A stretch of DNA of 64,000 nucleotides from an uncultured bacterium (GTDB lineage Bacteria > Verrucomicrobiota > Verrucomicrobiia > Limisphaerales > UBA8199), in contig CAVVMW010000029.1 in NCBI GenBank assembly GCA_963749495.1, forward strand, positions 64,001 through 128,000, given 5' to 3'. Numbering within the stretch: the stretch's first letter is position 1; the number at the start of each line of letters is the position of its first letter. Made by a program: the position numbers and the translations under genes. Shown here piece by piece: positions 1-10,400 of this stretch. The notes under the pieces are model-generated. The model searched no databases. It saw only the letters and a program-made list of their open reading frames with translations, and was not told the DNA's origin.

Positions 1-328
1 GTTCCGGCAGGTCGGTGGTGTATTCGTTATACGCCATGACCACGACCTTGGCATGATGTTCGGCCAGGGTGCGCAGGATGTCCTCGCGCCCGGCCAATAT
101 ATGCTCGAGGATATACGCCGCCTCCCGCAAGGCGCAGTCCGAGGCGTTGGCCGAGCTCACGATGGGCAGCGGACCGCCCCCGAAGTACTTCTGGTAAAAC
201 GGGTCCAGCTTCCATTCCTGGCGCACCGCCTCCGGCACCGGGCCGACAATGTTGGTCATCTCCCCGAGGGCGAGCCCGGGCAGGAACAAGGCTCCCAGCA
301 GGGCAAACAAGGTTCGTGATTGATTCAT
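1..328 (-). CDS. 5' part of a secreted protein, possibly zincin-like; runs off the window, apparent frameshift near 185
   Basis: Manual translation from ATG 328 gives MNQSRTLFALLGALFLPGLALG (signal peptide), then LDPFYQKY / PIVSSANASDCALREAAYILEHILAGREDILRTL..VVVMAYNEYTTDLPE. Confidence 0.55.
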   Translation of the reverse strand, partial: MNQSRTLFALLGALFLPGLALGEMTNIVGPVPEAVRQEWKLDPFYQKYFGGGPLPIVSSANASDCALREAAYILEHILAGREDILRTLAEHHAKVVVMAYNEYTTDLPE

Positions 329-557
329 GACAAATCTCTTTAAGTGAGCGCCTGGTTCTGTTGTTTTCTTCGGGGCGAACATATCTGAACAGCAAGCATA
401 TCAGGTTTGCCGAAGAAAGCACCTCTAATCCTTGCCCTGCTTCATGTTGATATCTTTATGACCCTTTCGACCGCGCTGACGCCGGTTCATCATGTCTGGA
501 TCCGGATAATACCGAGTTGAAAATTGACAATAGGCCAAGATCCGCTAAAGGACCGGC

Positions 558-803
558 ATGAAAGGCGCTTTTTGGGGGTTGCTGCTCTTGTCCTTTCTCT
601 CCGCTCGGGCCGCGCCGGTCGGCTCCATGCGGATTACGCTGCCCCCGCAGGCAAAGCCTTCGAAACAGAACACGGCCCGGATTCTTGAACGCCAAGTCAC
701 GCAGCGATGCAGCGCGAAAGTCACCACATCAGGCGAGGCTGCCTTGACCCTCCAGAGGAGAAGCCGGGAGCAAGCCAAACCCTGTCTTGAAGCAGGCCTT
801 TGA
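558..803 (+). pseudogene. Truncated N-terminus of a secreted protein (possibly a glycoside hydrolase N-domain)
   Basis: Signal peptide MKGAFWGLLLLSFLSARAA followed by only about 60 aa. Confidence 0.3.
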
Positions 804-896
804 CGCATTGACCGCCATCCAGCACGCTGACCGTGCGCTCCAACGCCCCCCGCAGTTGCCGTGAGGCAGGGCGGTTCGAGTCGGAATTTGTGCGAA

Positions 897-2669
897 CTAC
901 AAAAACAGGGCCCACATCAATATGGCCGAGGCGGTGCCGTCCATGGTGGGTTCGTTGGAGGAGTAATCGTGGAGATCATCGTGATAGACGGCTTGGGCGC
1001 TTTGGAAGGCGGCGTAGGGATCATCCTTTGAGGCGCTCAGGCCCTTGAGCGTTTTGAAAATGCGTTCATGGACGGGGCCATCCACCAGGCCGCCGCGCAC
1101 GGGGCGCCCGGTGAGTTGGCTGGTCATCAAGTGCGGATGATGCGGGTAAATGCCCTCTTCGGGAATGCCCGTGAACATCGAAACGCCCCAGGGATTGCAC
1201 CCCAGCAGCCAGTCGCGCTGGCGGCAGCAAAAATCATGATAGTGGTGGTCGCCGCTCATGCGCTCATAAAGCAGGCATTGTGTGATCAGCGCGGCCATGA
1301 GGTTGTTGGAGCACCAAATAAACGGAACGCCGGCGCGAAATGGATTCGCGGCGGATGCCCTAAGGCAGCGTTCGATGCCCTCGCGATAATAGCCGGCCAG
1401 ACGGCGTTGCAACGCGGCATCGGCGAATTCGTAAAGCATAAAGTGGCCGAGGTTGACAAACGGGTAGTATTGGTAGTGGCCGGTTTGTTCCTTGCCCATC
1501 CAGGACTCGGAGGCCGCCAGCGCGGAATAGTGCTGGGCGTCCGCAAGATATTGCGGGTCCCGCGTGGCGGCGAAGAGCGCCGCCGCGCCCCATTCCATGT
1601 CGTCGGTCCAGGTGGTTTCGGCATAACGGTATGGCGCACTGTAGGAATTGCCCTGTTGGACGCCCGGATGCGCGCGGCCCATCGCATAAACCTCCACGCC
1701 CGCTTGAAGACATCGCTCGGCGAAGGCAGGGTCGCGCTCCTTGAAGATCATCTGCGCCAGCGCCATCGCCGCGGCATAACGGCCGGCGAGGTTGGCGACG
1801 CCCGTGGACTCGCTTTTATAATCCCTGAGGCCCTGCGGCCGGCCTGTAGCATAATAAACGACGCGCGCCCCGCCCTTGCCCCAGCCGTAATTGGCGAAGT
1901 CATCCTTGGGCAGGCGCCAGCCGCAATGATCGCGATCGTCGGCAACCTGATGGAAGAGAAGGTTTGGGGCGGGGTGCAATTTGAGCATCCATTCCAGTCC
2001 CCAACGCGCTTCGTCCAGGAGGTCTGGCACGCCGTTGGCTCCGGGCCGTCCATCCGCGCGGGCAGCATCGTGGAAAATGGAGCGGTCGCCGGCCAGTCGC
2101 CACGCCATCAACAATTGCGCCGTGGCATTGCCCGAAGTCAGAAGATATTTCAATAAATCGGCGGCATCATGCCAGCCGCCTCTGCAATCCACGCTCGTCC
2201 CGCCGGGCATCGGGCCGTCGGCGGTCCGCGCATCGAGTTGGTGGCACTTCTGATCCAGAAAGGGATTGTCGCCGCACCGCTGCTGGCGCATGAATTCGAG
2301 CAATTCATCCGGCAACGCCGCATAGACGCCGGCGGCAACGGCAAAAGGCGGCGATTGGGCGCGGCCTTGGCGCAGGAAGAAGCGCCCGGGTTTGTCGAAG
2401 GCTGAGAAGTTCAATTCGGCGAACCGGGTGAATGTGCCCCACGCGGCGCCGGGCAGCGCCGTAGCCGGGCCGAACCAAACCACCGCCCCCGTGGCGGCGT
2501 CGCAAACGGTGAAAGCGCCGACCGGAGCAGAGGAGCCGAAGGCGACGGCAATCTTGGTATCGTGAGGGAGGTATCCGGCTTGATTAACGCGAAGGAACTC
2601 CTGAGCGCCCAAGGGGAGGGAGGCGCGGAGCCAGAGCAGCAGGAGGGCAATCCACCAGCGCGCTTTCAT
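897..2669 (-). CDS. Glycoside hydrolase family 9 (cellulase-like) with N-terminal Ig-like domain
   Basis: LRVNQAGYLP, DCRGGWHDAAD, DEARWGLEW and C-terminal YHDD..DYSSNEPTMDGTA motifs; signal peptide from MKARWW (2669). Confidence 0.9.
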   Translation of the reverse strand: MKARWWIALLLLWLRASLPLGAQEFLRVNQAGYLPHDTKIAVAFGSSAPVGAFTVCDAATGAVVWFGPATALPGAAWGTFTRFAELNFSAFDKPGRFFLRQGRAQSPPFAVAAGVYAALPDELLEFMRQQRCGDNPFLDQKCHQLDARTADGPMPGGTSVDCRGGWHDAADLLKYLLTSGNATAQLLMAWRLAGDRSIFHDAARADGRPGANGVPDLLDEARWGLEWMLKLHPAPNLLFHQVADDRDHCGWRLPKDDFANYGWGKGGARVVYYATGRPQGLRDYKSESTGVANLAGRYAAAMALAQMIFKERDPAFAERCLQAGVEVYAMGRAHPGVQQGNSYSAPYRYAETTWTDDMEWGAAALFAATRDPQYLADAQHYSALAASESWMGKEQTGHYQYYPFVNLGHFMLYEFADAALQRRLAGYYREGIERCLRASAANPFRAGVPFIWCSNNLMAALITQCLLYERMSGDHHYHDFCCRQRDWLLGCNPWGVSMFTGIPEEGIYPHHPHLMTSQLTGRPVRGGLVDGPVHERIFKTLKGLSASKDDPYAAFQSAQAVYHDDLHDYSSNEPTMDGTASAILMWALFL

Positions 2670-2750
2670 GTTGTGAGAGAATTGGCTGACACCGCCGCCG
2701 CGTCCAGCCAATTCAGTTTGATCGTCCGGGCGCTTTTCCGCCCGCATAAT

Positions 2751-5700
2751 TCAAGGGGAGATCGAGGGCGCCGAGTCTTCGCAAATCATCCGGGGCCGTG
2801 GCAACCTGTCCCAAAGCGCCTTCGGGGAGTTGGTTTTTCCCCATGCCCGCGCCGGAACGAGGATGGGGATAGCGCCAGCCGCCCCCGCTCTTGCGGCCGT
2901 CATTGAGAGGGCAGCCCCGGCGTGCGTCCCCGGCCTTGGGGCCCTCGGCCCGCCCTCCGGGGCACAGGCCCCCAACCACGCCGACGCGGTGAGGCGGGTA
3001 ACAGCGGCGCGGTCAATTGTTCGTAGAGGCGAAAGAGATGTTCCACCCGCTCGCGGTCTGAGTGGAAGGTCTGCGCCCGGTAGCAGCGTTCGACTGCTCG
3101 AATCCAGCTCGTGGTGGGCCCGCAGCAACTCCCGCGGCATGGAGTTCGGGTCGTAGAGGTCGGCTAGCGTCGCCATCCCACGCGGCGGCAGGTGCGGCTC
3201 TCGCGCCGCCAACACCGCCCGCGCTTCCTCGACCACCCGCGCCCTCTGCTCGGGCGTAGGATTTGGCCAGGGGAAGTTGTTATAGACAATGTTGCCAGAG
3301 TACTGAAAGTCACTTTTCATGCGGCCAGCAACGCACTCCATCCAGGCATTGTGCATGGCGGACGTGAGAACGCCAAAGTGGTAGTGCGTCGCCCCGGGCA
3401 CAACGAGGGCGCTGCCGCTGGCAATGATTTCAGGCTGGACAAACCCGATCGGAATGTATGAGCGGAGCTCTGAAGACACTTTTGGGATCAGGATGTAAGG
3501 TGTCGATGGCTGCCGGATCTCCCCGAAGAGTCCAGGCGTCGAGGCCAATCGCCGCGTTTGCGCGCGCCCACTGCTGCGGCGAAAACGCCTCACCTTTTCG
3601 ATCCTTTCACGGAGGAGCGGGCTTTGGCGGACGAGGTCTGGCGGAGCGTCCACAAGCCAGAGGCACCATCGCTCGATACCATTGATGAACTCATCACCGC
3701 CGTACAACTGCCGCACGTACGGCGCCAGCGCCGGGCATTCAGCTAAGAGCGCGTCACGATGCCGGCGGCTGAGGATTAGCCCCTCGTCTTCGCCGGAGCG
3801 GCGGTCCTTGTCGATCATCATGCTGCCGTAACTGATTGCCGGCCCGCCGTTGATTGGCTCGGTACGGGTGCGAACGGTCGTATCGCCTGCGGCGATGAGG
3901 TAGGGATTGATATTCGCGACCTCGGTGACGCTGACGTGGTCCTCCCCTTGCTCGTAATCGTAAAGCGTCTTCGTTTGAACATCGGACGCGCCGAAGCCGA
4001 TGATGACAACATGCACGTGGGCCGCGCCACGGGCGTCGCTCTTCCATGGGAATGTCCTATGGGCAAAATGGATTTTCAGGTGCCAACGTCCGAACAGCTC
4101 GGTCCACAAGACCCCCACCTGTTCGCCCTGGCAAATGGAGTTGGTGGAGACAAAGGCGGCGCGCACCAGCGTGCCAGAAATGTACGCGGCAGCCGTCCGA
4201 TACCAGCAGGCAACGTAGTCGAGCACGCCCGTTCCCCTGGCCCCGTTCCAAACCCGTTCCATATCGGCCTTCTGTTCGGCGTTCTGCTCCTTCTTCCCAG
4301 CGTAAGGCGGATTGCCCAGCAGGTACGAGCACTGCTCCCGCGCCAGCACCGAGTTCCAATCCGCCCGCAGGGCATTGCCGTGCACGATGTGCGGCGAGGC
4401 TCGCAGCGGCAACCGCTCGAAGCTCTGACCAAAAGCCTCGGCCGCTTGGGCGTTCATCTGGTGGTCCATCAGCCACAGTGCCACCTCCGCAATGCGCACC
4501 GGCCATTCCAATATCTCGATGCCGTAGAACTGGTCCACGTCAACCTTGCACAAGTTGCGCACGTCCAGTTCCTGCTGCTGCGCCCCGTGGATTTGCTTCA
4601 GGACCTCTATCTCCAGCAGGCGCAGTTCACGGTAGGCCAGCACAAGGAAGTTCCCACAGCCGCAGGCCGGATCCATGAATTTCAGAGAGCGGAGCTTTTG
4701 CTGGAATGCCTCGAAGTTGGCCCGCCGGCGGGTGGAGCGGTCTCGCCGAAGCTGCTCGAACTCACCGCGCAGGCCGTCGAGGAAAAGTGACCGGACGGCC
4801 TTCATAATGTCCCGCTCGTTGGTGTAGTGGGCCCCCAGTTGGCGCCGCGCCCGGTCCTCCATCACCCCTTGAAACAGCGACCCGAAAACCGCCGGAGAGA
4901 CCCGTGCCCAGGAGAAGGCGCAGCAGTAAAGCAGCGAGTCGCGCATCGCCCTGTTAACGACCGCCGTGTGCAGGCGCTCCCGAAACAGGAGCCCGTTGAC
5001 GTAGGGAAACGCCGCCAGGTCCTCCTGCATCCCGGGCTGCCGGCACGCAGGCTCTGTGTCAAGCACCTCAAAAAGGTAATTGAGGTGCTGCCCCAAATCT
5101 GACCCGTCCTCCCGCGTTCGGGTGCGAATGTACTGCGTGAAGGAATCGGGCGGGAAGATGCCGGTATCCTCCGCGAAAAGGCAAAATAGCAGGCGCACGA
5201 GCAGCCTTTCGAGTTCGTGGCCCGTGAAGCCCCCGGCCCTCAGGGCGTCGTGCAGTTGGCACATGCGGTGGTACGCTTTCTGATTAGCCGGGTCTTCGGG
5301 CTGAAGCCGCAGCCGCGTCTGTCCGAGCATGAAGGCGAAGTGCCGGATTGCCCGGGGAAAGTCATTCAGCGTGAATGAGACCCGCGAGCTTGGCCGTCCC
5401 GCGAACAGCCTCAGGCCGGGCTGCTCGTCTGGCTCAAGGTCGTAAAGGACAAAGCGCGCAAAATCCGACACGAGAACGAAGCGCGGGACTTCGTCGTGGC
5501 GCCCCTCACGGGTAAGGTCTTCGATGTACCCGAAGGCTTGCGTTTCGGCGGCTTCCAGGCTTTGCCCAAAGCTCTTGTGCTCCACCAGCAGTGTGCCGCG
5601 CCACAGCAGGTCAATGGAGCCTGTGTTGCCCCGGAGGTTCCTCACGTTCGCTTCGAATGACGCCACCGAAGCCCGGCGAATCCCAAAGGCCTCAAAGAAC

Positions 5701-5807
5701 TCGTTCCAAAAGGTCTGCTTGTCCGCGCGCTCCGACCTCGGCCCCGCCCATCGGTGCGAGAAACGGATAGCTCGGTCGCGCACTTCGCTCCATGAAAGAT
5801 GCGGCAT
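2751..5807 (-). CDS. MmeI-like type IIL restriction-modification enzyme (N6-adenine MTase fused to endonuclease); apparent frameshift near 3095, true 3' end uncertain
   Basis: TFWNEFFEAFG, IDLLWRGTLLVEHKS (PD-ExK), GAHYT, DPACGCGNFL (motif I), GNPPY (motif IV), YNNFPWP, LADLYDP. The family-type tail AVERCYR..DRERVEHLFRLYEQL is in another frame. Confidence 0.9.
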   Translation of the reverse strand: MPHLSWSEVRDRAIRFSHRWAGPRSERADKQTFWNEFFEAFGIRRASVASFEANVRNLRGNTGSIDLLWRGTLLVEHKSFGQSLEAAETQAFGYIEDLTREGRHDEVPRFVLVSDFARFVLYDLEPDEQPGLRLFAGRPSSRVSFTLNDFPRAIRHFAFMLGQTRLRLQPEDPANQKAYHRMCQLHDALRAGGFTGHELERLLVRLLFCLFAEDTGIFPPDSFTQYIRTRTREDGSDLGQHLNYLFEVLDTEPACRQPGMQEDLAAFPYVNGLLFRERLHTAVVNRAMRDSLLYCCAFSWARVSPAVFGSLFQGVMEDRARRQLGAHYTNERDIMKAVRSLFLDGLRGEFEQLRRDRSTRRRANFEAFQQKLRSLKFMDPACGCGNFLVLAYRELRLLEIEVLKQIHGAQQQELDVRNLCKVDVDQFYGIEILEWPVRIAEVALWLMDHQMNAQAAEAFGQSFERLPLRASPHIVHGNALRADWNSVLAREQCSYLLGNPPYAGKKEQNAEQKADMERVWNGARGTGVLDYVACWYRTAAAYISGTLVRAAFVSTNSICQGEQVGVLWTELFGRWHLKIHFAHRTFPWKSDARGAAHVHVVIIGFGASDVQTKTLYDYEQGEDHVSVTEVANINPYLIAAGDTTVRTRTEPINGGPAISYGSMMIDKDRRSGEDEGLILSRRHRDALLAECPALAPYVRQLYGGDEFINGIERWCLWLVDAPPDLVRQSPLLRERIEKVRRFRRSSGRAQTRRLASTPGLFGEIRQPSTPYILIPKVSSELRSYIPIGFVQPEIIASGSALVVPGATHYHFGVLTSAMHNAWMECVAGRMKSDFQYSGNIVYNNFPWPNPTPEQRARVVEEARAVLAAREPHLPPRGMATLADLYDPNSMPRELLRAHHELDSSSRTLLPGADLPLRPRAGGTSLSPLRTIDRAAVTRLTASAWLGACAPEGGPRAPRPGTHAGAALSMTAARAGAAGAIPILVPARAWGKTNSPKALWDRLPRPRMICEDSAPSISP

Positions 5808-6091
5808 GGACTTTCGTAGCTCGCTTTGCGGGCCTTGTTTGCGATGTTGCTGTGCTTCCAGGCGCGCGGCATCTTACGACAACACCACGCGCAACTCGGG
5901 TCAGCCCCCTTTTTACCGACGGAGCGTGGAGAAAGCAACCTCCATCGCAAGTGTGTTCCGGCGGCGGGGGTCACGGCGGCGGGGGCTCAAATCATAATTT
6001 CTCGCCTTGATTGCCGATGAAGCAATTCGCGTGGTAGGCACCATGCGGCGCCGACTGCGAGTCTCACCCCTTTCCCGTTCCTTGTTTTTGC

Positions 6092-6412
6092 TCAGATGGC
6101 CAGCCGTTTGGCCAGCGCGTCCCGCACGCGCCTCATTTCATCTCCGTTTAATGCGCCAAGCTTCCGCTCCAGCTTCACGGTAGAAACGGTTTGGACCTGT
6201 TGCAGGTGAAACGCGCCCGGTTTCAGAAACGGCTTTGGTATGCAGAGCTCCCACCGGTTTCCGCGCAGCGCGGTTGTGTGGAGAAGCACGGTGACAATAT
6301 CGAGCTCGTCGTCGGCGGGGGTGCCGGTCAGCAACAGGGCGGGCCGGACCTTGGCCGCCATCCCGAAATCGACCATCCAAACTTCACCTGGATTGAGGAA
6401 CGGCACCATCAT
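6092..6412 (-). CDS. PemK/MazF-family toxin
   Basis: PGEVWMVDFGMAAKVRPALLL ... LERKLGAL signature. Confidence 0.85.
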   Translation of the reverse strand: MMVPFLNPGEVWMVDFGMAAKVRPALLLTGTPADDELDIVTVLLHTTALRGNRWELCIPKPFLKPGAFHLQQVQTVSTVKLERKLGALNGDEMRRVRDALAKRLAI

Positions 6413-6572
6413 CCTCCATGCGGTCGAGCATTAACGCCCCCTCCAGCGCCGCTTGATTGCACACTTCGATGTCCTGGTTTTGGGCGGCCAGTTCGAGCAA
6501 CCGCTGGCGCACCAACCGCAGTTCAGCTTCGGTCAATTTAGGCAGCTCGTCAATGATTTCGGTCGCGCTCAT
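6384..6572 (-). CDS. Putative antitoxin
   Basis: 62-aa acidic protein (MSATEIIDELPKLTEAEL) overlapping the toxin start. Confidence 0.7.
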   Translation of the reverse strand: MSATEIIDELPKLTEAELRLVRQRLLELAAQNQDIEVCNQAALEGALMLDRMEDDGAVPQSR

Positions 6573-6764
6573 GGTGGGAAACTAATGCGCCTCCACGGGT
6601 TTGTCAGGTCAAAACTGGTCGCGCTTGGACCAAGGGTGCGAAGGCTCCGCATGTCGTGCGTCCCCTGAGGCTCCGCGCCGCAAGCTCAGCGCCGGATCAT
6701 GGGCAGCACCAGGCGTGAGGGGTGGTCGCGGTCATGGGATGATAGGAGTCTGAGGCGCAGGGTG

Positions 6765-7120
6765 TCAGGGCCGGTTGGTGGAGCGCTCCGAAACTCCGGG
6801 CTTGGACGCGCTCACGGTCCTCAAGCCGCCGAACAAGGAGACACCTTTGGCGCCGCCAGCCATCGCGAACTGCACGGCGCGATCGAAATCCTCACCGTGG
6901 AGGTCGGGAAGGTAAAGCCCTGCGTACAAGGGGCGATGGGCGGGCAGCGCGTCAACGCCTTCCTTGACCGCGCGCTCGATCCACTCCGGTTTCTCGTTGT
7001 AGAAGCTGTGATAGGTCATGGGCAGGACGGCGTCCAGATTCCAGTGAACCCAATCCTGTCGCACCAGCTTCTTCGCCAGGGTGGGTGTGGGAAAAACCGC
7101 GGCGGTGATCTGTTGGTCGG
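6765..7120 (-). pseudogene. C-terminal fragment of a GHL10/DUF187-like TIM-barrel hydrolase
   Basis: QITAAVFPTP..VRQDWVHWNLDAVLPMTYHSFY..PLYAGLY..GAKGVSLF; N-terminal part absent. Confidence 0.6.
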
Positions 7121-7456
7121 CGCGGGGCAGAGCGAGCGGTACTTACTCCACAGTTGCTTGACCCAGGGTTGGTCCGCATAGCCCTCGTGGAACCAGTCCT
7201 TGCTGTCGTCAAGGTAAACGTCCTTGCTGTAGGGCGGGCGGCAGTACTTAGCTATCTCGATGCGGAAGGGCTTGTCGTCCTCGAACAAACTACAACACGC
7301 AATGGCGGGCGAGGCGGGCCGCCTTGGCCAGCCAGTCTGGGGTCCCTCCCTGCGCACCCCCCGGACATTGAGGCTTTGCGCCGCGCGATCTCGGCCGGGA
7401 ATGCCCATGAGGCAGCGCCCTACCTCTCGCCGGCCGAGACTGAATGTCGTGCTCTC

Positions 7457-10400
7457 CTACCGGCGGTATAGCTCGACGACCCTGGGGAAATCCCACCGCT
7501 GGAGGTCGTCGAGACGAGAGGCGACATCAACCCCAGGCACGGTCTTCAAGAGCGGACGAGATCCGGGCAGATGAAGCACGATGCGCGCAGGCGGCGAGCG
7601 TCCTGGGGCTCGAATCTCACTTCCACGCCCTTGGCTTTGCCCCGCACCTGGAGGCTGAGGCGGCCAAAGTGCGTTGGCGCATTCTCCACGCGGATTTCGC
7701 GGCCTGGTTCCAGCCACCAATCGGGGGCGCCCCCGAGCAAGTGGAGTTCATTGCCGCGCTCGTGAACGAGCGCGTGGCGCAGCATAAACGCGTAGTTCGC
7801 CGCCCCGGTCGCGTGCGGGATAGTGTCGCTCCACGCGATCCGCTTCTTGTAGTAGATGCCTTCCGGGAAGGCGTGGGTGGCCGTCGAGTGCAGCAGATAC
7901 CAGTAGAACTCTTTGACGAATTGCTCGTGCTCGCCGCGCACAAGCGAGGCCATCGTGGTGTAGGAGCACATGTAGGGATGGATCACGTCTGGAAAGCCGC
8001 CCCAGCGGATAGTGCCCTCGACAAAACCGCCCAGGAACGTCTCGCGCAGTTCGCGAAGCGAAGCCGTCACGCGCGGATCATCCGGCGCAAACAACTCCGT
8101 AGGCCAGAGTGTTTCGGTGTCGCCCCAGTGTGTGCCCGCCTTTTCCCAACTCGGCGGGAAGTGCGGCAGGCCGGTGCGTTGCCACGCGGCGTCAATCGCC
8201 TTGCGGTAAGCCTCTGCCTCGCGGCGGAAGTCGAGCGCGTCGGCGGCTTCACCCAGCGACTGAGCGGCATCCGCGGCGCACCAGAGGCCGCGCAGATTCC
8301 AGAAATCGTAACCCACAATGTGGCATTTGCCGTCCCAGAGATATTCGCCATCGGCGACCGCATTTGGGAGCAAGCCGGCGAAAGGCGAGCCGGGAGGCAC
8401 TGCCCGCCGCGCCTGCTTGATCCATTCCGCGGCGCGCCGCATTTGCGGGCAGGCGCGTTTCAGGAACTCACGATCGCCGGTGATCTTCCAATATTGCCAC
8501 AACGTCCAGAGCGCCTGGCCATTGGCATCCAATTGGTTCTTCTGTGTCTCGAAGCGGCCATCGGGCCGCTGCGCTTGCAGGTAAGACTCGATGGCTTTTT
8601 TCGCGGCCTCGGCAAACCCGCCTTCCTCGAACTGCAAGATCTGGTAAGCCCCGTCGCGGATATAGAACTCATCGTAAAAGCCTTCGCCGCCCTTCAACAC
8701 ACCGTGGTCGTTGTCGATAAACTGCTGGACGTGCGCCGCTCTGAGGGCCTGCGCCGCCTTGACGCACGGCACGTCAAATCGCGCACCCGAGGCCAGCAGC
8801 TCCCGCCAGTACCGGATCGCGCGGTCGAGCCACACTTTTGGGTCTTCCCGGCCTGGGGACGCGCCGTTGGGCGCCGGGGCGAAGGGAATTCGGAAGCAAG
8901 TGGCCGCAGTGTGCCGCGGCTGGATCCGCGCGCTCCACTGCGCAAGCGTCGCTGCATTCGTGCCGGTGCGTTCGAGCCGGACGCCGGCCTCGCGGATTGT
9001 CGGGCTCGAGTTGCTGGCTTGGATCCAAACCCAGTTCATGAAATTCTCGCCCTCGGTCGGCCAATCAAATGCCGCGCGCCAATTTCTGACCGTTGGCAAC
9101 GGCGTGGCCCAGAGCGTGAACTGATAACGCACGCCCGCTTCTTCGGTCTCCAGGAGCACGACCGGCAGCCAGCCCTCGAGCAGTGTCTTGGTTTGTTTTC
9201 GGCTGAGAGGCGTCTGACCCGGCCCTACGACCAGCCGCGCCTTGGCCTGGTTGGCGAGTAGCAGCTCATTTTGCGGGGTCAAGCGTGTAGCATGCTCGTA
9301 ATCCTTCAGGCCGACGACGCTCCACGAGTTCTCAAAATAATCGAACGGTTCAGAACCGATGCCCTCGACGTCGGGGGCGGAGACGGGCTTCGCCCCTTGA
9401 CCGCCGCTGCCGGGACCGATCTCCAAAGCTTGCACGAAGGCCTCACCACGCGCGGTGGTGTCAGCGCTTGAAATGCGCGCGGCGGTAAACCGGATTTCGA
9501 GAATCCCATTCGTCGGGGTGAGGTCGTCGATCACCAGGTCCACCGCGCGGTTGGATCCACCGGCCGTGGCAGCGACGTCGAGGCGCTCCACCACCCGCCG
9601 GCCATTGACACGAATGTCGAAGCAGTTGGTGCGCGTGTCCAGTCCGCGGGTTGCGGCGAACTTGAGACGCGCGTGGTAGCGGCCCGGGCCGACCGTCACG
9701 TTCACCCAAAACTCGCGTCCGTGCACGCCGTAGAGATACAGCTCCGGATCGATGGTGCCGCTGATTTCGCCGGGTGCGGTCTGCGTCCACCAACACGCCG
9801 CCACGGTATCCGCGCCGTTGGCCACGCGCGTGACCAACTCCGCGCCGGGCCTCCACGTGTTTCCGGCAGCATCGCGATAATCCTCGCGCCTCGGATAGCC
9901 GAAAATCATCCGTTGTGACTCCCGTGGGCCGGTTCCGGACGGAAAACTCGCCACGCCCGCCGCAGCGGAAAACTGTATCCCCTCGATGCTGACGCGCGCC
10001 CCTGCCGAGAGCGGGTTGCCGACACCGCGGGCGACCAACTTCAGCGCGTGTGGTCCCTGAGCCAAACCGTTGCGGTAGTAGAGCACTTGCCGGTCGCGTG
10101 GCGTCGGATTCCAGCAGTCCACCGGGACGAGTTGCTTTTCGCCGTCCAGATAAACGTCCGCCAGTCCGCCCTCCGGCGCGAAGCTGCCGATAATTCGAAC
10201 CTGGTTTCCGTTGAAGCGAGCCGTGAGGCAAGCAGCCGCGCGTTCGGTGGCACGCGTCAAGTCTCCAGCGCTGTGCCATGCGCCATCGAAATGAAATTCC
10301 TCAGGTTTCACCACGCGTTGCGGATCGGTGCCGGTCACGACCACGCTCCGAGCGCCATCGTGGCGGATGGCAACGATGGCATCGCCGTTGGCAAGTGGTT

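Noticed and set aside
7444..9261. Long antisense ORFs (also 25455-27011, 36546-38918, 57129-58475, 20568-21944)
   Set aside because: Shadow frames of well-supported genes on the opposite strand in high-GC DNA.
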